A stretch of DNA of 64,000 nucleotides. Source: an uncultured Spirochaetaceae bacterium. GTDB lineage: Bacteria > Spirochaetota > Spirochaetia > DSM-27196 > CAZPXH01. The position numbers and the translations under genes are program-made. The DNA lies in the NCBI GenBank assembly GCA_964591085.1, contig CAZPXH010000006.1, forward strand, positions 105,177-169,176. Reading direction: 5' to 3'. Below, piece by piece: positions 1 to 9,168 of the stretch (positions are counted from its first letter, which is position 1; the number at the start of each line of letters is the position of its first letter). The notes under the pieces were generated by a model, which saw only the letters and a program-made list of their open reading frames with translations, made no database searches and was not told the origin of the DNA.

Positions 1-70
1 GCCGCGCTGGACTGCCGTCCGGCCGGAGTGCATAGCGCATTGATACAATCATGCCGGGAAGCGCAGCTGC

Positions 71-99
71 TTGACAGCCCCGGGACCCGACCGTAGACA
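71..99 (+). promoter_or_regulatory. Candidate sigma70-like promoter: TTGACA (71-76), 17-nt spacer, TAGACA (94-99), 5 nt before the ATG at 105. A leaderless mRNA is possible.
   Basis: Hexamers read directly in the sequence. Spacing to the start codon leaves no room for a Shine-Dalgarno sequence. Confidence 0.25.
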
Positions 100-104
100 A
101 CCCT

Positions 105-1223
105 ATGGCCATTTCCGTACGGCAGCTGCAGCAGACCAGACGACAGCGGCGCTCCTTCATCGAGCTTCCCTATCGGCTTTACCGTGGAAACCCGCAATGG
201 GTGGCGCCATTCCGCTCCGACATGCAGAGCCTGCTCGATCCGGACGTGCACCCCTTCCACCAGCATTCGGAGACGGCCCTGTTTGTGGCGGAGAAGGACC
301 GGCGGATCGTTGGCCGGATAACCGCACACGTGGACCACCTCTATGAGGAGCGATGGGACCGCGAAACGGGTTTCTTCGGCTTTTTTGAGTCGGAGGACGA
401 CCCAAGCATCACTAGCGCATTGATGGAAGTGGCCGGGCAATGGCTGCGCGAGCGGGGCAAGCGGGTGATGATGGGCCCCTTCAACTGGTCCATGAACCAG
501 GAATGCGGAACCCTCGTGGATGGGTTCGATAAGCCCCCGGTAGTGATGATGACCTACAATCCCCCGAGCTACCCGACCCTCCTGGAACAAGCCGGATTGA
601 GCAAGGCAAAGGATCTGTATGCGTACTGGATGGATGATCCGGAGCAGGTCCCGCCCCGGCTTCAGCGCGGGTATGACCTTGTCAGCAAGCGACGGAACAT
701 CACCTATCGAATGCTGGATATGTCCCGCTTTGCCGAGGATGTAGAGCTCGGCCGAAAGCTGTACAACGAGGCCTGGGCGGACAACTGGGGCGAGGTACCC
801 GCCACCGAAGCTGAGTTCCGCTATCTGGCCAAGGAGTTGAAGCAGATCATCCGGCCGGAGCTGGTGTTTTTTGCCTACGTTGACGGTAAGCTCGCCGGAT
901 TCAGCCTGTCCGTCCCGGATGCGAACGTGGCGCTGCATAAGGCACACGGCAGGCTGTTTCCCATCGGTATCTTTCGGATTCTTGCAACCATGCGCTCCAT
1001 CCCGCATATGCGGGTGATCACTCTGGGCGTCCTGAAGGAGTACCGCCTCTCCGGCGTGGACGTGGTGCTGTACTACGCCACCTTTACGCACGGGCGGGCG
1101 ATCGGGATCAACACCGGGGAGATGAGCTGGATTCTGGAGGACAACTACCCTATGCGGAACGCCATTGAGCGATTCGGCGGGCAACACTACAAGACGTACC
1201 GGATCTACCAGAAAGCCCTGTGA
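105..1223 (+). CDS. GNAT-fold acyltransferase-like protein, uncharacterised family, 372 aa
   Basis: Long ORF with a GNAT-like motif A region (KEYRLSGVDVVLY) and GNAT-like beta-strand periodicity. Its TGA stop overlaps the GTG start of the next gene (GTGA). Confidence 0.5.
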   Translation: MAISVRQLQQTRRQRRSFIELPYRLYRGNPQWVAPFRSDMQSLLDPDVHPFHQHSETALFVAEKDRRIVGRITAHVDHLYEERWDRETGFFGFFESEDDPSITSALMEVAGQWLRERGKRVMMGPFNWSMNQECGTLVDGFDKPPVVMMTYNPPSYPTLLEQAGLSKAKDLYAYWMDDPEQVPPRLQRGYDLVSKRRNITYRMLDMSRFAEDVELGRKLYNEAWADNWGEVPATEAEFRYLAKELKQIIRPELVFFAYVDGKLAGFSLSVPDANVALHKAHGRLFPIGIFRILATMRSIPHMRVITLGVLKEYRLSGVDVVLYYATFTHGRAIGINTGEMSWILEDNYPMRNAIERFGGQHYKTYRIYQKAL

Positions 1224-2221
1224 TCGCCGTCACCGGGAGCACCGGGTTCATCGGACAGCAGCTGTCCGGGGATCTGGACCAGGCAGGAATGCCGTGGCGC
1301 GCACTGGTGAGGTCTCGCGCTCGTGCGGAGGAAAGACTGCCGGGTTCCAACGCGGAGCTCGTGATCGGGAGCCTGAGTGATCCGGGATCGCTCCGGAAGC
1401 TCTGTGAAGGCGCGGACTCCGTGGTCCACCTTGCCGGGGCAGTCGCCGGCCTTTCCCGCAAGGACTACTTCCGCACCAATCGGGATGGAACTGCAAACCT
1501 GATCTCCGCCGCAGAGGAAACAGGAGTCCGGCGAATGGTGCTGGTGAGCTCCATTGCCGCCGGGGGACCTACGTCCTGCGGGTCGTGCGGCGGATCGCGG
1601 GTTGGCGCAGGGGGAGCCGGGACGCCGGCGGGCGGGACTCCCGTCACCTGGTATGGGGAGAGCAAACGGGCGGCGGAGGAGCTCCTCCGTGAATCCGCGA
1701 TCCCTGAGTGGTCCATTCTGCGGCCCGCTGTGGTCTACGGCCCGGGTGACACCGGTTTGCTCGGCTTCTTTTCCCTGGCCCGCCTGGGCCTGGGAATCCG
1801 GCTTGCCGGCCCGGATCTCTGTTTGTCCCTGGTTCACGTGCGGGACTGCGTCAGGAGCATCCGCTGGGCGCTTGACTGCAGTGTGGACCAGCTCCCGGAC
1901 CTGCGTTGTGTCGCGCATCCACGGCCCTGGACCCTCGGAGATCTTTCCCTGGCGATGATCCGGGCGTCTGGAAGACGGCCCCTCGCCACCCTGGCTCTTC
2001 CCCGCAGCCTTCTCCGCGCAGCGGGCCGCGTGCTGGATGCATGGTGCCGGGTCCGTGGAATCCCAAGCCTGGCAAACGGCCAGAAGATGATTGAGCTCAC
2101 CCAGCGCGCCTGGGTCTGCAGACCGGCTGAACTTGGTCCGGCGGAGGCCGAGGCGCAGATTGACGCAGCCGCCGGGTTCGCCGAGACCAGGCGATGGTAT
2201 CTCCGGAGCGGCTGGCTCTGA
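1220..2221 (+). CDS. NAD-dependent epimerase/dehydratase (extended SDR) family protein
   Basis: N-terminal Rossmann motif VTGSTGFIGQQL and a YGESK (YxxxK) catalytic motif. GTG start has a 4-nt overlap with the upstream gene. Contains an unusual Gly/Ser/Cys-rich insertion (SCGSCGGSRVGAGGAGTPAGG). Confidence 0.7.
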   Translation: MIAVTGSTGFIGQQLSGDLDQAGMPWRALVRSRARAEERLPGSNAELVIGSLSDPGSLRKLCEGADSVVHLAGAVAGLSRKDYFRTNRDGTANLISAAEETGVRRMVLVSSIAAGGPTSCGSCGGSRVGAGGAGTPAGGTPVTWYGESKRAAEELLRESAIPEWSILRPAVVYGPGDTGLLGFFSLARLGLGIRLAGPDLCLSLVHVRDCVRSIRWALDCSVDQLPDLRCVAHPRPWTLGDLSLAMIRASGRRPLATLALPRSLLRAAGRVLDAWCRVRGIPSLANGQKMIELTQRAWVCRPAELGPAEAEAQIDAAAGFAETRRWYLRSGWL

Positions 2222-2238
2222 TGGTTGCGTAGTCCGAC

Positions 2239-2258
2239 ATGGGACCAGCCTGTCCCAT
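2239..2258 (+). terminator. Hairpin ATGGGAC-cagcct-GTCCCAT 18 nt after the epimerase stop; weak U-tract
   Basis: Perfect 7-bp inverted repeat seen in the sequence. It is followed by TCCTGATC, which is not T-rich. Confidence 0.3.
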
Positions 2259-2306
2259 TCCTGATCGGCGCGTGATCCGTGGGACGGAGCTCAACAGGCA
2301 TGCCGA

Positions 2307-3149
2307 TTGGGGGATATCATACGGGCCGTGCGAAGGCTCCTCTTGCCAATCGTTACACTTTTGTTTGTCTTGTCCTGTACCAGTACCGGAGGATCAATGG
2401 CATCCATACCTGAGTCCCACGCGGAACCACGCTACGGCACCGTGCAATGGGAGGGACGTGACATCCGCTACGTGGTCTCCGGTCGCCCGGAAGCCCGCCC
2501 CGTTCTATTCATCCACGGGGCGCCGGGGAGCATTTCTGCGTGGGATGACTACCTGACGGATCCGGTTCTGACAGAAGCGTTCTTCATTATTGCCTATGAT
2601 CGGCCGGGCTACGGACACTCGGCCGAAGGTGGCGCGGTGGTAGCTATCTCAGAGCAGATGGAAGCCGCCTTCGCGGTGCTGGATGCCGCCGGCGCCAATG
2701 GTCCACCGCTTGTGGTGGGGCACTCCTACGGCGGGACTGTAGCGGCACGGATGGCGATGGCGGACAGCGATTCCCTGCGGGAGGTGCTGCTCCTCGCTGC
2801 CGCGGTGGATCCGGAGAACGAGCGGATCTTTTTTTTCAACCGTCCGCTTGAGTGGCGAACCCTCAACTGGATGCTTCCACGCTCTATGCGGACGGCCAAT
2901 CGAGAGAAGGTGACCCACGTTGCCGAGCTCACCGCCATGCTCCCTCTCTGGCCGGCAATCAGCGTCCCGGTCACGGTTATCCACGGAGCCCAGGACCCGA
3001 TTGTGCGCGTGGCCAACGGTCGTTTTGCGGCCCAAGCCATTCCCGAAGGGGTGGTCAGCTACCAGGAGCTTCCGGACGCAAATCACTTCCTCCCGTGGAC
3101 CCGGAGTGATCTGGTTCGCGGATGGCTTCTGGAACGGGCTGGTCGGTGA
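2307..3149 (+). CDS. Alpha/beta hydrolase fold lipoprotein
   Basis: Signal peptide with a lipobox-like VLSC. Nucleophile elbow GHSYGG. The C-terminal IHGAQDP...HF region matches the hydrolase acid/His loops. Confidence 0.7.
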   Translation: MGDIIRAVRRLLLPIVTLLFVLSCTSTGGSMASIPESHAEPRYGTVQWEGRDIRYVVSGRPEARPVLFIHGAPGSISAWDDYLTDPVLTEAFFIIAYDRPGYGHSAEGGAVVAISEQMEAAFAVLDAAGANGPPLVVGHSYGGTVAARMAMADSDSLREVLLLAAAVDPENERIFFFNRPLEWRTLNWMLPRSMRTANREKVTHVAELTAMLPLWPAISVPVTVIHGAQDPIVRVANGRFAAQAIPEGVVSYQELPDANHFLPWTRSDLVRGWLLERAGR

Positions 3150-3963
3150 TGCGGCCAACCACTCCGCGGAGCTGAGACAAACCGAGAGCCATCACCGGCA
3201 GTCCAAGCCAGGTGAGGATCCCAAAGCTGTAGGCGCCACCAGCAAGGAGCACCACCAGGACCGGCAGAACCACAAAGGCGGTGTCGGAGATGACGGCAAG
3301 CCGGGATGCTCTGCAGTGCCGAAGAAAGGCCCACTGGGTTACCAGGAATGCGCCGAGCGCAAAGAGAAAGCTGAGCAGGAACGCGAGCCAGCCCAGCACG
3401 GTGGACGGCAGCAGTCCCACCACGCCATCCCGCTGGCCGGCGGCCTTCAGCACAAGCTCAAAGCTGGAGAGGCCCCCGGCAAGGAGCCCGAACAGCGCCT
3501 CTCTGGGGCCGAGTGGCACCCGTCCGTTCAGCAGGCGGGTCACAAGGAGCAGAACTCCCAGGCCAATCGCAATGGAAATCAGGAGCGGCCCGTTGGTGGT
3601 GGCGGTGATCTCCATCGCCGGATTGATCAGCCGGTCAACGCCAACAGCAAGGGTGCCGAGCACTACCAGACCCGTTCCGATCCAGTTGGAACGGCTGAAC
3701 GGTTCGCCGATGACTTCGGTGGAAAACAGCGCAAGCGCCACGAGTCCAAATCCGTATACCGCCGAATAGTAAGGCGCCGGAGCAAACCGGCTGGCCGCAA
3801 TCACCCACAGGCTGTTGGTGTGGTTGATTAGCACGGCTGCCGCATAGTAGCGCCAGGCTCGTCCACGCTTACCCATCGGAAGCGTTCGAAGGCGCTGGAT
3901 TCCGAGCTTCATCATTCCACGACTGACGTGGATGACGCTTGCCCCAACAATGCCGAGGAGCAT
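3055..3963 (-). CDS. DMT/EamA-like family transporter, about 10 TM helices
   Basis: Polytopic hydrophobic protein of about 303 aa from the internal ATG at 3963. The longer ORF start to 4170 would overlap coaBC and looks spurious. Its 3' end overlaps the convergent hydrolase gene by about 95 nt. Confidence 0.55.
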   Translation of the reverse strand: MLLGIVGASVIHVSRGMMKLGIQRLRTLPMGKRGRAWRYYAAAVLINHTNSLWVIAASRFAPAPYYSAVYGFGLVALALFSTEVIGEPFSRSNWIGTGLVVLGTLAVGVDRLINPAMEITATTNGPLLISIAIGLGVLLLVTRLLNGRVPLGPREALFGLLAGGLSSFELVLKAAGQRDGVVGLLPSTVLGWLAFLLSFLFALGAFLVTQWAFLRHCRASRLAVISDTAFVVLPVLVVLLAGGAYSFGILTWLGLPVMALGLSQLRGVVGRITDQPVPEAIREPDHSGSTGGSDLRPEAPGS

Positions 3964-3995
3964 CGCAATCAGCGCCTGCGGATCCCCCGTGTAGT

Positions 3996-5255
3996 TCACT
4001 GCGCAGAACGCCCGGAAAGGCGCTGCGCAATCAACGCCATGAGCGCATCCGCAACGCGGGGCTTGGGCCCGCGGGGAATGTGAGCGACAACGCCATCTGA
4101 TCCGATCACGTGCAGCTCGTTGTCGGCGGCGGCAAAACCCTGGCCCGGCTGCCCCACATCGTTGAGGCAAATGAGATCCGCCTGGGCCCGCTTCATCCGT
4201 TCCTGAGCACTCCGTATCATGCTCTCCAGATCCATCCCTTCCAGAGCACGGAAGGCCACGATCAGGGCGTCCGGTGCCTGCTTCCGGACAGAGTCTATGA
4301 TCTTTGGCGTGGGCTGGAGTTCCAGCGTGAGACGCTCCCTACCGTTGGTCGGGAGCTTGTGGTCGGCCCTTGCCACAGGTTCCCAGTCGTTGACTGCTGC
4401 GGCGGCTATCACCGCGTCGGTGGAGTGCTGGAGCTCTGACCGCAAGGCGTCCATCATTTCCCTGGGTTGATGGGCTTCCACCACGCGAATTCCAGCCGGA
4501 ACAGCCACAGCGAGGATTCCGGCCACAAGCACAACCTCCGTCCCCAGGTCCCGGGCCGCGCGCGCAATTTCAACGCCCATTTGCCCCGTGGAGCTGTTCG
4601 TGAGAAGCCGGATGGGATCAATGTGGGACACTGTTCGGCCGGCGGTGACAACAATGCGTCTGCCTTGCAGCGCAGTGCCGCCAGACAGGCGTGCGGCCAC
4701 GGCCTCAACAACCGCCTCGGGTGCGGCAACCTTGGCCTTGCCTTCCGCGAGTTCCGGAGTAACCACGCTGACGCCGTAGCCGCTGACAACGTCCAGGTTC
4801 CGTAAGACGCCGGGATGGCGGTACATCGGTTCATGCATCGCCGGAACCACCACTACCGGCAGACCCTCCCCGATTGCCGTTGTGGCAAAGGTTGTCACGA
4901 TCCCGTCATCAATGGCTGCGGCCATCTTCCCGATTGTGTTTGCGGTAGCCGGGGAGATGAGCAGCAGATCAGCGCGCATCTCCGAGTTTCCGGCGTACAG
5001 CACGTGCTCGTTCTGGCCGCTGAGTTCGGTGAGTACCGGTTCCCCGGTGCACCACTCCATCAGACGGGGTGACATCAGGGTCCGGGCTCCCGCTGACATG
5101 ATGACAGTAACTCGTGCGCCGTGCCGGATGAGAAGGCGAGCGAGTTCCGGTGAGCGCGCAACACCAACGCTTCCGGTCAGAGCAAGCAGCACGTGTCTGC
5201 CAGCCAGGCGAGTGCTGTAGGTGGCGTGGATATCCCGGACCTGTGGAGCCGTCAC
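3996..5255 (-). CDS. coaBC: Bifunctional phosphopantothenoylcysteine decarboxylase / phosphopantothenate-cysteine ligase
   Basis: N-terminal flavoprotein domain (LLALTGSVGVARSPELARLL), C-terminal CTP-dependent ligase domain (ICLNDVGQPGQGF), about 419 aa. Typical Dfp architecture. Confidence 0.9.
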   Translation of the reverse strand: MTAPQVRDIHATYSTRLAGRHVLLALTGSVGVARSPELARLLIRHGARVTVIMSAGARTLMSPRLMEWCTGEPVLTELSGQNEHVLYAGNSEMRADLLLISPATANTIGKMAAAIDDGIVTTFATTAIGEGLPVVVVPAMHEPMYRHPGVLRNLDVVSGYGVSVVTPELAEGKAKVAAPEAVVEAVAARLSGGTALQGRRIVVTAGRTVSHIDPIRLLTNSSTGQMGVEIARAARDLGTEVVLVAGILAVAVPAGIRVVEAHQPREMMDALRSELQHSTDAVIAAAAVNDWEPVARADHKLPTNGRERLTLELQPTPKIIDSVRKQAPDALIVAFRALEGMDLESMIRSAQERMKRAQADLICLNDVGQPGQGFAAADNELHVIGSDGVVAHIPRGPKPRVADALMALIAQRLSGRSAQ

Positions 5256-5314
5256 GGTTACAGGTTAGCACGCGGCCTTTCGTGCTTCCCACCGCCGCCA
5301 AGGCGCAGTAGTCT

Positions 5315-5845
5315 GTGACTATGTCAGCTACTGCCTTGCTGATCGAAGAAAACCGGTCCCTGCTGCGGCAGGCCCGCGAGCTCGTAGAGCGCCTGGACGA
5401 TTACACCTACGCCCGCAACGGCGGTCCGGAGGATCGATTTGACAGCGGGATCGGACGGCATCTCCGTCACGTGCTGGAAATGTATCGATGTCTGCTTTCC
5501 GCCGACGGATCGGTGGACTACACCGCCCGTCCGCGCAGTATCAGCCTGGAAAAGGAGCGCACCGAGGCGCTCTCCGCAATCGCAGAGATTGACGGTGGCC
5601 TCGCTGAAATCATGGAGGACCGGGAGCTTGAAGCGTGGAGCGGGGACGCACCGGGCGCCGATGGTCACGAGTTCTCCCGCTCTTCCCTCAATCGGGAGCT
5701 TCGCCATCTGTGCGAGCACACCGTGCATCACTACGCCTTGATCTCACTGCTGCTGCGGCAAATGGACATGCCGGTAAGCCCGGACTTTGGAGTGGCATCC
5801 AGCACCCGCACACGCCAGACCACGCAAGGACAACGGACCGACTAG
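5315..5845 (+). CDS. DinB/YfiT-like putative metal-dependent protein
   Basis: About 176 aa with spaced His motifs (GRHLRHVLEMY ... CEHTVHHYAL) typical of the DinB_2 four-helix fold. The assignment is tentative. Confidence 0.4.
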   Translation: MTMSATALLIEENRSLLRQARELVERLDDYTYARNGGPEDRFDSGIGRHLRHVLEMYRCLLSADGSVDYTARPRSISLEKERTEALSAIAEIDGGLAEIMEDRELEAWSGDAPGADGHEFSRSSLNRELRHLCEHTVHHYALISLLLRQMDMPVSPDFGVASSTRTRQTTQGQRTD

Positions 5846-5849
5846 CGGG

Positions 5850-6608
5850 ATGTGCACCGCAACCTGGCTCCTGGACGGTGACGGGAGCTTCTTCCTGTTT
5901 ACCCGGGATGAGCTCCACCGTCGAAGTCCTGCCCAGCCCCCGGCGCCCCGCGAGAGTGGCGTAACTCGCTACATCGCACCGCTGGATCCGGACGGCGGGG
6001 GAACCTGGATTGCGGTGACCCAAACGGGTCTGATCCTTGGCCTCCTCAACGACTATCCTCCGGGCTTTGCGCTGATGCCCCGCGGGAAGAGCCGGGGACT
6101 GCTGATCCCGGAGCTGATCGCCAGAGTGGCGCGGTGGTGGTCTCCGTCAGCCGGCGTTGACGGCTTGGCGCTGGAACGGGAGGTGCGTGACCTCGCCGCG
6201 ATATCTCACCTCCAGCCCTTTCAGTTGGTGGTACGCGGGCCGGAGTGTAGGGCTGCGTGGTACGGGTCCTGGGATGGCCTGCGGCTTCAGACTCGCGCAG
6301 GGATGGCGCCTGAGACCATCAGCTCGGTCCGCACGAAGGAGATGGCAGAGAAGCGGCGTGAGATCTACCGGCATATGGCCGGTGCCAGACCAACCCGTGA
6401 GCTTCTGCGGAGGTACCACCGCTTTCGCGGGGAGGACGCCGCGCTCGGGCCCTGGATGTGGCGACCGGAAGCGGGTTCGCAGAGCCTCACCGAGATCGCG
6501 GTGACACGAGGCACGGTGAGCATGACCTACCGCGAGGGCCCCGATGCCCCCCAGGACCTCCAGGGCTTCGGATCAACGGAGACTCTCCCGAGAATCGCAG
6601 AAGCCTGA
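5850..6608 (+). CDS. NRDE family protein (TANGO2-like)
   Basis: Begins MCTATWLL...FTRDE, matching the N-terminal Met-Cys and NRDE signature of PF05742 proteins. Start placed at the internal ATG at 5850, 4 nt after the upstream stop. Confidence 0.55.
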   Translation: MCTATWLLDGDGSFFLFTRDELHRRSPAQPPAPRESGVTRYIAPLDPDGGGTWIAVTQTGLILGLLNDYPPGFALMPRGKSRGLLIPELIARVARWWSPSAGVDGLALEREVRDLAAISHLQPFQLVVRGPECRAAWYGSWDGLRLQTRAGMAPETISSVRTKEMAEKRREIYRHMAGARPTRELLRRYHRFRGEDAALGPWMWRPEAGSQSLTEIAVTRGTVSMTYREGPDAPQDLQGFGSTETLPRIAEA

Positions 6609-6634
6609 ACCCTTCTCCGGGAGAACGGAGCTCC

Positions 6635-7108
6635 TTAGAGCCCGGCCCGGACCCCCGGCCAGTTTTCCTGGGCACGCTCAATGTTCTGTAAAAGGCTGCG
6701 GCTGAAGCGTCGGTTGAACCGCTGGTTGATGTTAAGGTAGAGCTGCCCCTCGTGGATCACAAAGGAATTCGGATCAATGTCCGCAACGCTGTTGCGGCTC
6801 ACAGCCCAGGCGCAGTAGCCACCGTAGGCTGGAGCATAGCGTTCCGGATCACCGGCAAACAGGTCTCGGTTGTCAGCGCTGGCAAAGCGCCATTCCGCTC
6901 CATCCCAGCGGAAAGCAAACTCCTGTCGTCCTTCAACGGCTTGCCCTTCGGTGTGATAGGCAACGGCATCGTATCCGTGGATAGCAATTCCTTCCTGCGT
7001 GTTCACCGTTCCCTGAGCATTCACTTCAGCGCACCCCAGTACAAGCAGAGTCAGGCCGAGCAAAAACTGCAGGCGTAGTACCCGTCGGGTGGTATTCAGT
7101 GGTTCCAT
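6635..7108 (-). CDS. YHS-domain secreted protein
   Basis: Signal peptide (LLGLTLLVLGCAEVNAQG) and the conserved GYDAVAY...YGGYCAWAV YHS-like motifs. Start moved to the internal Met at 7108. Confidence 0.6.
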   Translation of the reverse strand: MEPLNTTRRVLRLQFLLGLTLLVLGCAEVNAQGTVNTQEGIAIHGYDAVAYHTEGQAVEGRQEFAFRWDGAEWRFASADNRDLFAGDPERYAPAYGGYCAWAVSRNSVADIDPNSFVIHEGQLYLNINQRFNRRFSRSLLQNIERAQENWPGVRAGL

Positions 7109-7217
7109 GGTTGTCAACATTACAACACTCGTGTAGTCAGGCAAGCGCGTGGCAGCCGGACCGCGATGGGTTTCTCCGCCACTCTCCTCAGGGACCGCAA
7201 CAAGAAAACCGAGTTCT

Positions 7218-8276
7218 TCAGCTTGCCTTCCTGCGGGAAAGGCCGGCCCGCGTTCGCCGGAGGAGCTCCGCTCCGCTTACCGGGCGGTAGCCTGCGCGAA
7301 TGTTGGCCCTGGCAATACGGCCGAGCAAAATCCAGTGTCGGTACAGATCACGCCAGGCGCGGAGCAGGCTTCGCCGGGAATCGTAGATGTGAGCCGGCTC
7401 GCTGGCGGACCCATTGAGCTCCACTATCCGGAAATCGCCGGCGAGCATTGACTCCCAGGATGGCGCGCGTATGTCAAAGCGCCCGAGATGGAAACCGGGA
7501 ATTCCTTGCGCAAAGTCTTCTACAAAGCGGTCCAGCGCGGGACCACGGAGATGCTGTCCGCTGCGGAAAGTAGTCCCACGGGCATGGTTGCCGATGTCGG
7601 TGAGCACGCGGAGCTCTCCTGCCTGCAATACCCGCGGGAGTTCTTCCGCGTAGGCCGTGCGGAGCATCGGCAAATGCAGCCGGCAGCGCTCATCTGCTTC
7701 CATGAGCTGGTCCAGCGTGCGCCGGCCGTCCCCGGTAACGGAGAGCGGCTCCTTGATCACCACAGAAGTAACCGTGCCGCCATCGGCGCCTGGCATTCGG
7801 GTGTAGAGCAGACCAAACTCCGCTGGACCCCTGGCAATCTCCTGAACCAGAATTGGACCCGGCACCCGCTGAAGGTAGCCCAGAGCCTCCGCGGGATTTT
7901 TCACGTTTGCCACCGCAGTCCCACGCTCGCCCCGGTCCGGCTTGAAGATCAGCGGGAAGCCAAGACCTGTAGCGGCAAGAGAGGGGCCCAGGGCTTCCGG
8001 GCTGCGGTCTGCCACGGGATAGGCTGCTTGAGCGCGCGGACCAAGTAGATCCCTCTCAGACTCGGTTGCGAGGATGAGAGTACGCGGCACAAGTTCCTGC
8101 GGAAGCTGGGCCTGGATCTCTGCCTTGCTGTAGTCAATGAAGGCCCCGATGTCGAAACCCGGGTCCGCCGCGGTCATGTATGCCACGTGTCCGCTTCGGA
8201 CCATGTCACCCAGGACGCGCAGATAGATCGGCCCGTAGAACACCTGATAGGGCCAGAACTCCCAGTGGAGTCGCAT
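7218..8276 (-). CDS. ATP-grasp domain protein (carboxylate-amine ligase-like)
   Basis: About 353 aa from the Met at 8276. ATP-grasp-like pattern: FPLIFKPDRGERG ... ILVQEIA ... FRIVELNGSASEP (probable Mg/ATP loop). The start overlaps the stop of the upstream acyltransferase by 1 nt (TGATG). Confidence 0.6.
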   Translation of the reverse strand: MRLHWEFWPYQVFYGPIYLRVLGDMVRSGHVAYMTAADPGFDIGAFIDYSKAEIQAQLPQELVPRTLILATESERDLLGPRAQAAYPVADRSPEALGPSLAATGLGFPLIFKPDRGERGTAVANVKNPAEALGYLQRVPGPILVQEIARGPAEFGLLYTRMPGADGGTVTSVVIKEPLSVTGDGRRTLDQLMEADERCRLHLPMLRTAYAEELPRVLQAGELRVLTDIGNHARGTTFRSGQHLRGPALDRFVEDFAQGIPGFHLGRFDIRAPSWESMLAGDFRIVELNGSASEPAHIYDSRRSLLRAWRDLYRHWILLGRIARANIRAGYRPVSGAELLRRTRAGLSRRKAS

Positions 8277-9160
8277 CAGGCAGCGCTGACCGCCGGGGGA
8301 GCCTCCGGAATCCGATAGACTGATTTCCGGAGGAGCTCTGCCACCTCGTGATCTGATCCCATGGCAGAAAGCTCGTGGGGAAGGATCGGCCTGCTGAAGT
8401 GAATGTGCAGCGTGCTCCCGCGTTTGCGGTAGAGTTCGTCGGGGAGGAGAATCATCTCCATGTTGAAGCGGATGCCGCTGATCTTGCGGAGCCACGCCGC
8501 GCGGTAGAATCGCATGCTGTTGCGCGCCTCAATGTAGGCTGGCACCACCGGCCGCCCGAACCTGCGGGACATTGTGACAAAGCTTTTCTGCCAGGGTAGA
8601 TCCCGCAGAACTCCGCCTTCCAGCCGTGAACACAGGCCGGCGGGGAAGTGCACAAGCGCCGGCGCGGTGGCAAACACGCCGACCAGGGAATCCCTCCGGT
8701 CCCGGTTAGATCCGTGCTTGTTTACCGGCACCATCAGCTTCTTCATCTGCGGAATTGCCGTCAGAAAATCATTGGCCGGGACTACGGCGCCCGGGTGCAC
8801 CGAGTTCACAGTCTGAAGCATCGCCAGGCCATCAAGGCCCCCGAGCGGGTGGTTGGATATCACAGTCGGGCGATTCGCCGCTCGCAGGTGCTCAAGGCCG
8901 TGCGCCACAATCCGGGCGTCAAGGTCAGAGAGCACAGCGTCCACAAACGGCATCCCATCCACGCCCTCCAGCCGGCCAAGGAGCCCATTGATCTCTCTGA
9001 CGTGGAGCAGGCGGTTGAGCATGCGATAGGCAATGGGGGGAATCCGCCGGGCGAGCTCAGGATTCCGTGCCGAAACAATCTCCGGCAGGCGCACCGGACC
9101 AGGCGAGTGTGGCAAAGCCGCAAGTGAATCAGCGGGCATTCTTGACACGCACCGGATCAT
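8276..9160 (-). CDS. PlsC/LPLAT-superfamily acyltransferase (lysophospholipid-acyltransferase-like)
   Basis: Motifs: NHPLGGLDG (motif I, HX4D-like), HFPAGLCSR (FPEGTR-like) and RPVVPAYIEA (motif IV). Start at the internal ATG 9160 (9139 is an alternative); the N-terminal extension to 9433 looks like a spurious high-GC read-through. Confidence 0.6.
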   Translation of the reverse strand: MIRCVSRMPADSLAALPHSPGPVRLPEIVSARNPELARRIPPIAYRMLNRLLHVREINGLLGRLEGVDGMPFVDAVLSDLDARIVAHGLEHLRAANRPTVISNHPLGGLDGLAMLQTVNSVHPGAVVPANDFLTAIPQMKKLMVPVNKHGSNRDRRDSLVGVFATAPALVHFPAGLCSRLEGGVLRDLPWQKSFVTMSRRFGRPVVPAYIEARNSMRFYRAAWLRKISGIRFNMEMILLPDELYRKRGSTLHIHFSRPILPHELSAMGSDHEVAELLRKSVYRIPEAPPAVSAA

Positions 9161-9168
9161 CGGGGGCA

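Noticed and set aside
71-405. ORFs 71-346 (+) and 157-405 (-) overlapping the 5' end of the GNAT-like gene
   Set aside because: Arg/Pro/Gly-rich translations typical of off-frame high-GC DNA. They lie entirely inside, or antisense to, a longer ORF with recognisable fold motifs.
1205-1918. 237-aa minus-strand ORF antisense to the SDR epimerase, plus several 60-130-aa ORFs in 1150-2300
   Set aside because: Low-complexity Arg/Pro/Ala composition with no motifs. The sense-strand gene has Rossmann and YxxxK motifs. High GC suppresses stop codons in all frames.
2920-3831. 303-aa plus-strand ORF antisense to the DMT transporter
   Set aside because: Gln/Arg/Gly-rich low-complexity translation. The opposite strand encodes a coherent polytopic transporter.
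7234-7252. Hairpin GCGGG-N9-CCCGC near the ATP-grasp 3' end considered as a terminator
   Set aside because: It lies inside the last codons of the CDS, has a short stem, and no U-tract follows.
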